From sequence record NC_052663.1: a stretch of DNA of 64,000 bases; one strand, written 5' to 3'. This document shows, one piece after another, positions 19,358-28,716 of the stretch. The position numbers were made by a program, and so were the translations under genes. The notes under the pieces were generated by a model. The model saw only the letters and a list, made by a program, of their open reading frames with translations. It was not told the origin of the DNA and made no database searches. Numbering within the stretch: position 1 is the stretch's first letter; every line of letters starts with the position of its first letter. This DNA comes from Escherichia phage VEcB.

Positions 19358-20020
19358 TTATTTAATATTCAATTTTGCACAAAGACGTTGTACCGCTTTG
19401 GCATCGAACAAACTCCCACGAATAGTTCTCTTTCCTGATTCATTCAGATGCTTTGCAATCGTCATATATGGCGTTTTACAAGCTCTGTATGCAACTAAAG
19501 AATCTTTTAAAGAAAGCGCAAACTCTCTTGAGCGTTTTGCTTCTTCCGTTTTCGTATAATCTGTTCTTTTGTATTTAGGGTTTGCTGCACCAAGAAGCGT
19601 TCCCTTCGCTTTTGCTACCTTAAGGCTCTTCTTAACACGATCAGATATTGCACGAGCCTCTTCTTCTGCCAGAACTGCTAAAATATTTATTATCATATTT
19701 TCAGCGGAGGGCATAGTTGCTATCCGTACATTAATCATCTCTAACAAGGTTGCAACAGAAGCTGTGTTACGTCCCAGACGGTCAACCTTAGCAACAACAA
19801 GTGTAGCACCTGTTTCTTTGCAAAGATTAACAGCTTTTACAAGCTCTCTACGTTGCTTCCAATCGCCTTTACCAGAATAAAACTCTGCAAAGCTACCTAC
19901 AATAGTATAATTTTCTTGTGAATCCAGGAAGCGTTGGATATCTGCTTCCTGTGATTCTATACCATACTGGTTGCCTTGTTGTTTCTTCTTAGAAAGTCGA
20001 TGATACAGTACAAACTTCAT
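19358..20020 (-). CDS. serine recombinase (resolvase/invertase family)
   Basis: N-terminal YHRLS catalytic Ser context, GATLVVAKVDRLGRN motif, C-terminal HTH. Confidence 0.75.
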   Translation of the reverse strand: MKFVLYHRLSKKKQQGNQYGIESQEADIQRFLDSQENYTIVGSFAEFYSGKGDWKQRRELVKAVNLCKETGATLVVAKVDRLGRNTASVATLLEMINVRIATMPSAENMIINILAVLAEEEARAISDRVKKSLKVAKAKGTLLGAANPKYKRTDYTKTEEAKRSREFALSLKDSLVAYRACKTPYMTIAKHLNESGKRTIRGSLFDAKAVQRLCAKLNIK

Positions 20021-20077
20021 AATACCCTCCTGTTCTGTTGCAGGAAGTATGCACTACCTTAATGTTAAAGTCAACAG

Positions 20078-20281
20078 TTAAGTAGTGGTAATATCATCTT
20101 CTTGAATATCAGGGTCAACTTCTGCAAAGATAGCCTCTACAGGAATTTCTTCACCTGCTATTCTAGAAAGAAGCACTGAACCAATAGCTTTTGCGTGTTC
20201 TTCGGATTCCGCATAAACATTAGTTCCTGTGTCTTTTTTCTTAGTTTCGTTAAAATATACCAGATAGTAATTGTATGCCAT
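20078..20281 (-). CDS. hypothetical acidic protein
   Basis: 67-aa ORF. Confidence 0.35.
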   Translation of the reverse strand: MAYNYYLVYFNETKKKDTGTNVYAESEEHAKAIGSVLLSRIAGEEIPVEAIFAEVDPDIQEDDITTT

Positions 20282-20532
20282 TATTCATCCCAATCGTTGT
20301 TGCGAGCACTTTCAAGAACCTTGACAACTTCTGCGTACTCTACAGCTAAACCAGCACACACTTCAGCTTGTTTTGCAATTGCTTGCTTAAAGAACATAGC
20401 GATTGCAACACTCTGTGTCGTGTGAATGTTATCTGCTTTAGTTGATACGTGAAGATCAAAATCTTCTTCATCAAAGGTGAGTTCCATAGTAACAATAAAT
20501 TTCTCGGTCATAAAAATGCTCCTCTTAAACAA
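20281..20532 (-). CDS. hypothetical protein
   Basis: 83-aa ORF. Confidence 0.4.
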   Translation of the reverse strand: MFKRSIFMTEKFIVTMELTFDEEDFDLHVSTKADNIHTTQSVAIAMFFKQAIAKQAEVCAGLAVEYAEVVKVLESARNNDWDE

Positions 20533-21034
20533 AATAGAAAGGTTGAGTTAAACCCAGCCTGTTTTTTGGGTCGTAGACGTACCAAGCATATGCTGTCTTA
20601 TCAGTACCACCTGCAACAAAAGATGGTCGTTCAGAAAGAACAATCAAATTTGTTGGTGGGTTCTGTTTATGGAATTCCCTTCGTTTAATAGACTCTAGGA
20701 ACCCAAGACGCAACAAGTATATGCAAACGTCTGCTTCTTTTAAGCTCTTTTGCAAGAACTCAAGTGCAAGTCTGAATGGTGGATTTGTGATTATAATATC
20801 CGGCTTAGTATGCCATTCGTGGTTAAAATAATCCTTCCCTTCTTCTAACTCACAATATTCTGATCCTTCTGGAAAATGTTGATAAATTGCAGCAGCAGCG
20901 CCTTTACACGGTTCTGCAAAAATAAAACCTTCTTCTTTAAGGTTATTAAAATCTATTACACTAAATAATGCATTTATACATTTTTGTGGAGTAGGATAGT
21001 AATCAGTTGGTGGACGATCATACTTATTTGCCAC
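20525..21034 (-). CDS. putative DNA N6-adenine methyltransferase (small phage Dam-like family)
   Basis: DYYPTP N-terminal motif and IITNPPF catalytic motif IV in a 169-aa protein. Confidence 0.5.
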   Translation of the reverse strand: MANKYDRPPTDYYPTPQKCINALFSVIDFNNLKEEGFIFAEPCKGAAAAIYQHFPEGSEYCELEEGKDYFNHEWHTKPDIIITNPPFRLALEFLQKSLKEADVCIYLLRLGFLESIKRREFHKQNPPTNLIVLSERPSFVAGGTDKTAYAWYVYDPKNRLGLTQPFYFV

Positions 21035-21452
21035 TACTTAAAATCTCCTCTTTTGTGATTTCAGGGTTTTCTTCAAAAACCATAATATCTCTTAAGAACG
21101 TTAATTCTTCCATAGATACTGGTATTGTATCTTCTTCTGTTTTTCGTTTACATAAATCGTCAAGAAAGTTTTTAATGTTTTCTGACACATCGTAAAATTT
21201 CAACAGTTGATAATCACAGGAGGAGATCCTATCTAGTTCTAACATTCTTTCTAAGATATTTTCTGTGTTGCCGTACAACACACGAACTTCTCCGAAAGGG
21301 TTGACTGAATATTGTGAAGTTCTGAACCATCCCTTTTTAGATACAGTGTAACGCTGTTCTGCTAAACTTTCAATAAAATTTTTAGCTCTTTTACAGTTTT
21401 GTTCTAAAGAGTAGTAGGCTTTTTCTACAAAGGTTACAGGTACTGGTAACAT
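21024..21452 (-). CDS. hypothetical protein
   Basis: 142-aa ORF. Confidence 0.45.
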   Translation of the reverse strand: MLPVPVTFVEKAYYSLEQNCKRAKNFIESLAEQRYTVSKKGWFRTSQYSVNPFGEVRVLYGNTENILERMLELDRISSCDYQLLKFYDVSENIKNFLDDLCKRKTEEDTIPVSMEELTFLRDIMVFEENPEITKEEILSSGK

Positions 21453-21463
21453 ATCTCCTCCTA

Positions 21464-21485
21464 ATAACCCCCCCTTGAGGGGGTT
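21464..21485 (-). terminator. terminator-like hairpin CCCCC-TCAA-GGGGG
   Basis: GC hairpin between PhoH stop and next gene. Confidence 0.4.
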
Positions 21486-21494
21486 TATACTAGA

Positions 21495-22298
21495 TTAATT
21501 ATCAGAGGACACTTTATCAAGTTTTTCAGAGACTGTCAATACTTTTTCTTGTGATTCTTTCATTTCTGCTAAAATACTTTCAGCTTCATCGCTATCAGGA
21601 TCACCAGTCAACAGCATACTAATTAGTTGCTCCTTGCTGAAGTTCAGAATATCTTCCGCTGTTAACTCCAGTTGTTCTTCGATCTCTTCGATAAAAGTTT
21701 CACCGCCGGAAAAAGCATCTCGCAGTTTTGCAACTTCCATCGCTTCTTCTGGAGTTGCCCCTGCATCTAAAGCTGCTAAAGCAAAATCTGCCCCACTACC
21801 AACAGCATAATAATCTTCAGTTAAAGGATATGCTCGCGTTGGATTATTACCCTCGTGCATATAAATTTTACCGTCTGGATGAACAACCAATGCCACAAAC
21901 TCTTCATCTTCTTTATCGGGATCTGACTGGATCACCAAACCTGGGATTGTCTCTTGTGCTGCTAGTTTATCAGTCTTATCTCCAGATAAGAAACCAATTT
22001 GATCATCACCTACTTCTGTCGGGTTTTTAAGGAAAATCAACTTTCTGAAATCACCAGCTTTAAGCATTTGCAATGCTTTCCATAGTGCTGTTGTCGTTTT
22101 TCCTGTTCCTGCTGGGGCATTAACAATGGTTAAATCATTCCAAACCATGCTTCTTACAATAGCTTCTTGATTCCCAACAGGGGTAAATTCATCAAGACGG
22201 TAATCATCATTTCCTACTGCTTTAGCCGCATAACGACTGGCACGTTTGTCATCATTGGCTGCTGATTGACGACGAGCCTTTGCGGTTTTATTTCCCAT
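21495..22298 (-). CDS. phoH: PhoH-like ATPase
   Basis: Walker A AGTGKTT in PhoH-like context. Confidence 0.6.
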   Translation of the reverse strand: MGNKTAKARRQSAANDDKRASRYAAKAVGNDDYRLDEFTPVGNQEAIVRSMVWNDLTIVNAPAGTGKTTTALWKALQMLKAGDFRKLIFLKNPTEVGDDQIGFLSGDKTDKLAAQETIPGLVIQSDPDKEDEEFVALVVHPDGKIYMHEGNNPTRAYPLTEDYYAVGSGADFALAALDAGATPEEAMEVAKLRDAFSGGETFIEEIEEQLELTAEDILNFSKEQLISMLLTGDPDSDEAESILAEMKESQEKVLTVSEKLDKVSSDN

Positions 22299-22314
22299 GT
22301 TTGCACTCCTTATA

Positions 22315-22334
22315 AAAGGGGCTTTCGCCCCTTT
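22315..22334 (-). terminator. terminator hairpin GGGGC-GAAA-GCCCC + U-run
   Basis: same motif as 12158 and 35757; just downstream of lysozyme stop. Confidence 0.5.
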
Positions 22335-22336
22335 GT

Positions 22337-22837
22337 TTAGTTATAAGCGTCTAATGTTCCAGTTTTAAGTACCTGAATTACACGCTCTGCGCGATTAGGC
22401 GTTTGGCGATACCATTTACTTTTACGTAAATTTATAGAGGCTTGAGTATAATATGAATTACTCACTAAAGTCAAGCTATTTTTGAAAGATTCTGCACCTT
22501 TCAATCCCATTTGAAATACCATATTAATAATAGCCATTTTACGATTAGGACTTACTTTATCGTAAATAGGAGATAATATGGCACTTGAATGGATTTGTTG
22601 TATCGCTTTCTTTACGTCACTCTCAAAGATTCTTCTAGCTTCCGCTTCAGTAATAACCCCATTGGTTTTTCTACCTACTAAGTTATCAAGAATACGTATA
22701 GCTTCTGCTTTATCTTTGAGTTTTGTCAGAAGGTGTCCAATACCAACTGTCCAATACCCTTCGGTATCAGGATATACAGTTAGCTTTAGTCCTTCATCAA
22801 AACGTAACATATCAAACACATCAACTACTTTAGCCAT
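22337..22837 (-). CDS. endolysin, T4 lysozyme (gpe) family
   Basis: near-colinear similarity to T4 lysozyme: DEGLKLTVYPDTEGYWTVGIGHLLTK, NMVFQMG, WYRQTPNRAERVI. Confidence 0.9.
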   Translation of the reverse strand: MAKVVDVFDMLRFDEGLKLTVYPDTEGYWTVGIGHLLTKLKDKAEAIRILDNLVGRKTNGVITEAEARRIFESDVKKAIQQIHSSAILSPIYDKVSPNRKMAIINMVFQMGLKGAESFKNSLTLVSNSYYTQASINLRKSKWYRQTPNRAERVIQVLKTGTLDAYN

Positions 22838-22997
22838 GTTTTCCTTATATTAGTCGCCCTCCCCATGATCTAGCTCTTGAAACAGTAGGTGTTCAGGAGA
22901 CATTTCACGTTTAGGCTTCGTCTTTTTAGTTTGGGACTTAAGCTCTGTTGCCAAAGCACGAGAAAAGATCTTACGTTTCTGTTTACCTTTCATATTG

Positions 22998-23264
22998 TTA
23001 CTCCGCAATCTGAGCCATGAATTCACGTAGTTCAGAAAAACCTCCTACGTGGGTTAGCTGTTCACCATCTTCCACAAAAATCTGAGGAAATGTACGTGGT
23101 AGAACACCTGTTTTCTCTAAGACCAGAGTCTGAATCTGATCTAAAGAATAGTCTTCATCTAAGGTAAGGTATTTAAAATCCTGTTCACGCTGTTCTAGTA
23201 GAATCTTAGCGTTAGTGCAGAAAGGACAATTTGGTTTACCGTAGATAATAAAATTCATTTTCAC
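22998..23264 (-). CDS. glutaredoxin-like protein
   Basis: CPFC active site in an 88-aa protein. Confidence 0.7.
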   Translation of the reverse strand: MKMNFIIYGKPNCPFCTNAKILLEQREQDFKYLTLDEDYSLDQIQTLVLEKTGVLPRTFPQIFVEDGEQLTHVGGFSELREFMAQIAE

Positions 23265-24091
23265 TCCTTGTTTAAAAGTATAGTTAAAGTTCTTACAATA
23301 CCGCTATCAACACTTCGCGGATTTAAAGTAGGATCTGTTTTTAAATAAGATGTTGCTGGTCTGACTGCTTTGGAATTATAGGTTGAAGCAGATACAGGAT
23401 TAACTGTAACAGATAAATCTATAACAAGAAATATCTTTCGTGCAAAATCATACCAAGAAATATAATCTGCACCTGCATAGTGTACAATTTTACTATTTAC
23501 ACCATCTTTTACAAGTTTAAAAATTGTTTCTGCAAGATCAGGTGCATAAGTAGGACATGATAAATGATCACATACTACATTAAATTCTTTTTGACCACCG
23601 TTGTAGCGTTCCAACATAGTTTTCAAAAAGTTATGTCCAAATTCACTATAAACAGAAGCTGTTCTGATAATAAGTGCTGTAGGACAAACTGTTTGTACTA
23701 AAGTTTCACCTAATTGTTTACTGTAACCGTAGGTGTTCAAGGGGTTTGTTTTACTATCTTCTGTGCCAGCAACATGCCCATCAAAAACATAGTCTGTTGA
23801 AATATGTACAAACTGTATCAGTAAATCATTACATGCTTTGGCAATGTTTGTTGCACCGTATGCATTAACATTTATACAGGTGTTAACATCTTCTTCAGCT
23901 TTATCTACTGCCGTGTAAGCCGCACAATTCACAACAACATCAGGCACGTGCTGTACAAGACTATTCATAACATCTTTAAAGTTGGTAATGTCTATATCAC
24001 TTGCTTCAATCAAAATAACATCTTCTGGTGCAACTTTTGCCAAAGATTGTCCTAATTGACCTTTTGAACCAAAGATTAAAAATTTTGTCAA
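23261..24091 (-). CDS. rmlD: dTDP-4-dehydrorhamnose reductase
   Basis: N-terminal GSKGQLG Rossmann motif, size and operon position after rmlC. Confidence 0.75.
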   Translation of the reverse strand: MTKFLIFGSKGQLGQSLAKVAPEDVILIEASDIDITNFKDVMNSLVQHVPDVVVNCAAYTAVDKAEEDVNTCINVNAYGATNIAKACNDLLIQFVHISTDYVFDGHVAGTEDSKTNPLNTYGYSKQLGETLVQTVCPTALIIRTASVYSEFGHNFLKTMLERYNGGQKEFNVVCDHLSCPTYAPDLAETIFKLVKDGVNSKIVHYAGADYISWYDFARKIFLVIDLSVTVNPVSASTYNSKAVRPATSYLKTDPTLNPRSVDSGIVRTLTILLNKE

Positions 24092-24642
24092 AATATGATC
24101 TCCTTTAGTGTTTTGGCTTCCTTATCTTTTTGTGACAAGATAGGTTTAAAATTAATATCATTAAAGATTAAATCAAAACCCCAATCAATATTGATATCTG
24201 GATCATTCCACGCAAGACTACACTCTGAAGTCGGATCGTAATATTCTGTACATTTATATTCAAAATCAGCAATGTCACTAATCACAACAAAGCCATGAGC
24301 GAAACCAGGAGGAATCCAAAATTGTGTTTTATTCTTTTCAGATAAGAGAACACCTACCCATTCTCCAAATGTTGGACTACCAACCCTAATATCTACAGCA
24401 ACATCATAAACTTCACCACGAACACAACGTACTAACTTCCCTTGTGGGTTTTTCTTTTGAAAATGAAGCCCACGTAGAACTCCTCGAATAGAACGTGAAT
24501 GGTTATCTTGGACAAAGTTTTGTTTACCTATGTATTGATCATATAAAGCCTGATTAAAACTTTCTAAGAAAAAACCACGTTCATCTCCGTAAACGTCAGG
24601 TTGAATGATCAACAAATCTTCGATTTTTGTTGCTTGAATCAT
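24088..24642 (-). CDS. rmlC: dTDP-4-dehydrorhamnose 3,5-epimerase
   Basis: RGLHFQ, KLVRC, DVAVDIR, GFAHGF cupin motifs. Confidence 0.9.
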   Translation of the reverse strand: MIQATKIEDLLIIQPDVYGDERGFFLESFNQALYDQYIGKQNFVQDNHSRSIRGVLRGLHFQKKNPQGKLVRCVRGEVYDVAVDIRVGSPTFGEWVGVLLSEKNKTQFWIPPGFAHGFVVISDIADFEYKCTEYYDPTSECSLAWNDPDINIDWGFDLIFNDINFKPILSQKDKEAKTLKEIIF

Positions 24643-24654
24643 TTAATTCCCCCT

Positions 24655-25524
24655 TTATTTTAATTTAAGTAAATACTTACCGTAGTCTGTTTTACTTAAA
24701 ACCTCTCCAGAACTTTTTACAGAGTCTAAAGTAATCCATTCATTTTTAAAAGCAATCTCTTCCAGGCATGCAACCTTCATACCTTGTTGCTTTTCTATTG
24801 CATGAACAAATTGAGATGCTTCCATAAGACTTTCATGTGTTCCTGTATCCAGCCAAGTGAAACCTCTTCCTAGTTTACAGACACGTAAAGTCTTTTCTTT
24901 CCAGTACATCTCATTTATATCTGTGATCTCTAATTCCCCTCTAGCAGAAGGTTTAACGCTTTTAGCTTTCTGTATAACAGAATTATCGTAAAAGTACAAG
25001 CCTGTAATTGCATAATTGCTTTTTGGTGCTTTTGGTTTTTCTTCAATACTTACCACTGTACCTTCAGAATCAAACTCAACAACACCAAATCTTTCAGGAT
25101 CATTTACGTGATACCCAAAAATATTAGCTCCACCATTCTTTTCAATATGTTCTTTAGCAGAATCTAAAATGCTACCAAAACTCTGACCAAAGAACAAATT
25201 ATCACCTAGAACAAGTGCTACAGAATCTTCACCAATAAAGCTCTCACCAATAATAAACGCTTCTGCTAAACCTTTTGGGTTGTCCTGTATTGCATACTGT
25301 AGGGAAATACCAAAAGAAGAACCATCACCTAGAAGATTTACAAAATTAATTTGATCTTCTGGTGTCGTAATTATTAGTATTTCCCTAATTCCAGAAAGCA
25401 TTAGGACAGAGAGTGGATAATAAATCATAGGTTTATCGTAAATTGGTAATAGTTGTTTACTAACCCCTTTAGTAACTGGGTAAAGTCTTGTTCCACTACC
25501 ACCTGCTAAGATAATACCTTTCAT
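24655..25524 (-). CDS. rmlA: glucose-1-phosphate thymidylyltransferase
   Basis: [16 protein letters not shown] nucleotidyltransferase motif, 289 aa. Confidence 0.9.
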   Translation of the reverse strand: MKGIILAGGSGTRLYPVTKGVSKQLLPIYDKPMIYYPLSVLMLSGIREILIITTPEDQINFVNLLGDGSSFGISLQYAIQDNPKGLAEAFIIGESFIGEDSVALVLGDNLFFGQSFGSILDSAKEHIEKNGGANIFGYHVNDPERFGVVEFDSEGTVVSIEEKPKAPKSNYAITGLYFYDNSVIQKAKSVKPSARGELEITDINEMYWKEKTLRVCKLGRGFTWLDTGTHESLMEASQFVHAIEKQQGMKVACLEEIAFKNEWITLDSVKSSGEVLSKTDYGKYLLKLK

Positions 25525-25532
25525 ACTCCTCC

Positions 25533-26522
25533 TTAAACTTTATTTTCCCACCACTCTTTGTTATCTACATACCAATCAATGGTTGAATAAAGTTTTTCTT
25601 CAAATGTGCCTTTAGCTTTCCACCCTAATTCCTTTTCAATCTTATAAGGATTCACTTCATATCTTAAATCATGCCCAGGCCTATCTGTAACCATCTCAAT
25701 GAGGCTACAAGCATCTGTTTCAGATGGATACACCGCATCCATATAATCACAAATCATATAGATTACATCAATATTAGTTCTAGGGTTTCTGCTCCCAATA
25801 TTATATGTTTCTCCAGATTTGCCTTTAGTTACTACTAGGTGTAATGCTTCTGCGTGATCGTCAACGTATAACCAATCTCTTACTTGAAGACCATTGCCAT
25901 AAACAGGGATTGGTTTATGCATCAAAATATTTGTTATCGTTTTAGGTATTAGTTTTTCTGGATGATGATACGCTCCAAAATTATTTGAACAATTTGTTAT
26001 AACTGTCGGAATACCATAAGTACGATGCCACGCTCTTACCAAATGATCGCTTGCTGCCTTAGATGCAGCATATGGACTACTTGGCTTATAAGGATTCTGT
26101 TCTGTAGACGGATAATCCCCTTCTTCCAGATCACCATACACTTCATCTGTTGAAATATGATGAAACATTTTAAGATTTGATTTATCTCCCATTAAACGAA
26201 CAGCTTCTAGAAGATTAAATGTTCCAACAATATTTGAATTTATAAAAACACTCGGTGATGCTATTGAATTATCTACGTGACTTTCTGCTGCAAGATGCAT
26301 TATATAATCTGGATTAACATCTGCCACAATCTTAGCAGTTAACTGAGCATTTGTCAAGTCAACACGACAAAACTTTACATTAGGTGTTTCTGATAAATTT
26401 CTAGGGTCTGAAGCGTAACCCCATTTATCTATAACGTAAATATCATTCTTAGTGTTTTTAGCCAGGAAACGAACTACCGCACTTCCAATAAAGCCTAAAC
26501 CACCTGTTACTAAGTATTTCAT
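25533..26522 (-). CDS. rmlB: dTDP-glucose 4,6-dehydratase
   Basis: [12 protein letters not shown]-binding motif, short-chain dehydrogenase layout, 329 aa. Confidence 0.85.
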   Translation of the reverse strand: MKYLVTGGLGFIGSAVVRFLAKNTKNDIYVIDKWGYASDPRNLSETPNVKFCRVDLTNAQLTAKIVADVNPDYIMHLAAESHVDNSIASPSVFINSNIVGTFNLLEAVRLMGDKSNLKMFHHISTDEVYGDLEEGDYPSTEQNPYKPSSPYAASKAASDHLVRAWHRTYGIPTVITNCSNNFGAYHHPEKLIPKTITNILMHKPIPVYGNGLQVRDWLYVDDHAEALHLVVTKGKSGETYNIGSRNPRTNIDVIYMICDYMDAVYPSETDACSLIEMVTDRPGHDLRYEVNPYKIEKELGWKAKGTFEEKLYSTIDWYVDNKEWWENKV

Positions 26523-26719
26523 TTAGTCTCCTTCCAATTATTCCCTTCAGTAAAAATAATACCTTCATAAAACAACCATCTGGAACCTTTTTTAACAGGA
26601 ACAGGAAGCTCTTCTTCAGTAAAGTTATAAACCTCTCTAGCATCTTCTAAAAGTGATGCAAATGTTTTTGGACTTACTGTTACGCGAGGAGCATTGATCA
26701 GTTGATCTAGCATCATTCT
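26519..26719 (-). CDS. hypothetical protein
   Basis: start moved to internal ATG with AAGGAGG SD (ORF track end 26809) to remove 80-nt overlap. Confidence 0.35.
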   Translation of the reverse strand, partial: RMMLDQLINAPRVTVSPKTFASLLEDAREVYNFTEEELPVPVKKGSRWLFYEGIIFTEGNNWKETK

Positions 26720-26729
26720 ACTATCCTCC

Positions 26730-27056
26730 TTACCAAACGTGTTGAGAAATAATAGTTTCCGTTTCAATGTTATATTTTTCAAGAATTTGTGCATAGGCTT
26801 CTTTTGCATTCTTATTTAGTTGCTCAAGATCTACAGCTACACTTCCTTCGCCACCTTCTAAATAAATGCCATATATGCAATAAGATTCATCAGCGTCATA
26901 GAAAGGAGAGATACGACTTAAATCAAGACCTTCTTGTAAGAACCAGTTAAAATCTCCATCAAATTCTTCTTCAATTCTAGGATCTTCTCCTACAGCCTCT
27001 TCCCATTTATTAAAAGGCGCACCCTGTAACATACGCCATTCAATATTAGTTCCCAT
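26730..27056 (-). CDS. hypothetical acidic protein
   Basis: 108-aa ORF. Confidence 0.45.
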   Translation of the reverse strand: MGTNIEWRMLQGAPFNKWEEAVGEDPRIEEEFDGDFNWFLQEGLDLSRISPFYDADESYCIYGIYLEGGEGSVAVDLEQLNKNAKEAYAQILEKYNIETETIISQHVW

Positions 27057-27194
27057 TATCTTCCTCCTCTTCTTTTTCTTCCGTATGAACGAAACCTAAA
27101 CCGTTACAATTCCAACAAGGAATAAATTGTTCCATACTAACAATAAAATTCCCAGTACCCCCGCAGATAGGACAAATACTTACATCATCCATTA

Positions 27195-27401
27195 TTAAAG
27201 CTCCTCAATCTTTTCTAACATCTGTTTTAACTCATTCTCTGTTAACAGAATTTCTGTGATACCATCATAAGTTTCTACCATCAGAGTAAAACATTTTTCC
27301 CCATCTGAACACACAAAAGCGCCACCTTCATCTTCTGTTAAGTCAGAATTAATATCTACATCAACAAAATCAATCATCTTTTTCTCCTTTGATAATTTCA
27401 A
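27195..27401 (-). CDS. hypothetical protein
   Basis: 68-aa ORF. Confidence 0.4.
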   Translation of the reverse strand: MKLSKEKKMIDFVDVDINSDLTEDEGGAFVCSDGEKCFTLMVETYDGITEILLTENELKQMLEKIEEL

Positions 27402-27588
27402 ACTTGGCTACACCATTAACTATAATATGACCGCAAGACAGAACTCCTAGCCAATGATCACCATTCTTTTTTAAACGTTTACCGTAAACATCACAGAAAC
27501 CATTCTGCAATTCGGAAGCCTCGTAAGAGGCTCCCTTTTCGAAAACGTCTTTGAAGTCAGAAATTAATCCAACACAAAGTAGTTTCAT
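27370..27588 (-). CDS. hypothetical protein
   Basis: 72-aa ORF. Confidence 0.4.
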   Translation of the reverse strand: MKLLCVGLISDFKDVFEKGASYEASELQNGFCDVYGKRLKKNGDHWLGVLSCGHIIVNGVAKFEIIKGEKDD

Positions 27589-28673
27589 TAAAAATCTAAC
27601 TCCTCGTCGTCACTTACATCTTTATTTGCTGAATTCAGTTTGTAAGCTGTAATTTGGATCTCCTGTGCTGCTGCTTGAATTTGATCTGGATTTAACCAAA
27701 CATCCATCCAAGGCAGTGGACTTTTCTTCGGTGCACGGAATTTGTGTTTCATTTTCAGTCTGCGATAGATAGGCGCGGCATTGAAGTAAACCCAAAGTTT
27801 GAACAACTCTGCGTTACCACCAACGATAACCCTTCCTTCACTAAACAGATAGTCACACCAATCTTCCTCTTGTCCAACTACCGTATCAAGAATTTCTGTC
27901 AGAACGTCGATATTGTCTTCGTATACTTTTCTCCAAACAGGATCTTTCAGCAGTGCATCAATAATAGCATAATCCATTTTAACGTGCAATAGTTCATCCA
28001 ACATAATTTTTTGAATGAGTTTAGCTGCACCTACAAACAGTTGCTGCTCTGCTAAGGCAAATGTTGCAGCAAAAGATGATATGAATTGAATGCCTTCCAG
28101 ACCGATAAGTGCAATCATTCCTTTCAGAATCAGTAGACGAAGGTTATCATCCTTCTCAATCAGACCTAGAGCATACTTATGCCCTGCCTCTGCCAGATCA
28201 CTCATTATCTCTTCAACTATACCCATCCTCTGGAAGATTCTTTCGTTCTCCATAATCTGATCGATAACTTCATTTGGATTAGGGATACACTGACGAATAA
28301 TTTCAGAATATGTCAAAGCGTGTAAAACTTCCATTTCTGATTGCTTCATCATCATTGCACATGCTTCGTTGTTGCTTAAAAATGGTGCAAACAAAGTGAT
28401 GATTGATTTAGCAAGTGAATCATTTTCCCATTGGAAAGATAGGTTTTTGATCATAACATCATAGTTGCTTTTAGAACAAGCTACGAAATCTTTTCGTGTC
28501 TGATCTAAGTTTACTTCGTTTTCATCCCAATCTTGCTGTTTTTGTAGTTTGTACAGACGATGCATTTCTGGGTATGTTACGTTAATAGAATCAAAAATAC
28601 CTAACTGTTCTCCCAAAAATACAGGGTAGAAACCTTCTTTGTAAGTGTCGTTGTATAAATTAATTGCTGCCAT
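27588..28673 (-). CDS. nrdB: ribonucleotide reductase small subunit
   Basis: 361-aa ferritin-like protein next to nrdA, acidic C-terminal tail. Confidence 0.8.
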   Translation of the reverse strand: MAAINLYNDTYKEGFYPVFLGEQLGIFDSINVTYPEMHRLYKLQKQQDWDENEVNLDQTRKDFVACSKSNYDVMIKNLSFQWENDSLAKSIITLFAPFLSNNEACAMMMKQSEMEVLHALTYSEIIRQCIPNPNEVIDQIMENERIFQRMGIVEEIMSDLAEAGHKYALGLIEKDDNLRLLILKGMIALIGLEGIQFISSFAATFALAEQQLFVGAAKLIQKIMLDELLHVKMDYAIIDALLKDPVWRKVYEDNIDVLTEILDTVVGQEEDWCDYLFSEGRVIVGGNAELFKLWVYFNAAPIYRRLKMKHKFRAPKKSPLPWMDVWLNPDQIQAAAQEIQITAYKLNSANKDVSDDEELDF

Positions 28674-28692
28674 TTAAATCCTCCACAATAAA

Positions 28693-28712
28693 AAAGGGGC
28701 CGAAGCCCATTT
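28693..28712 (-). terminator. terminator hairpin (GGGC-TTCG-GCCC + U-run on minus strand)
   Basis: hairpin followed by TTTTTT in minus sense, between nrdB and upstream gene. Confidence 0.5.
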
Positions 28713-28716
28713 ATAT

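Noticed and set aside
19347-19880. Two plus-strand ORFs (19347-19559, 19569-19880)
   Set aside because: Antisense to the serine recombinase gene, whose motifs are unambiguous; low-complexity translations.
19358-20020. Lysogeny module or prophage integrase
   Set aside because: The recombinase is a small resolvase/invertase type; no repressor, attachment site or large serine/tyrosine integrase is visible, so temperate lifestyle is not inferred.
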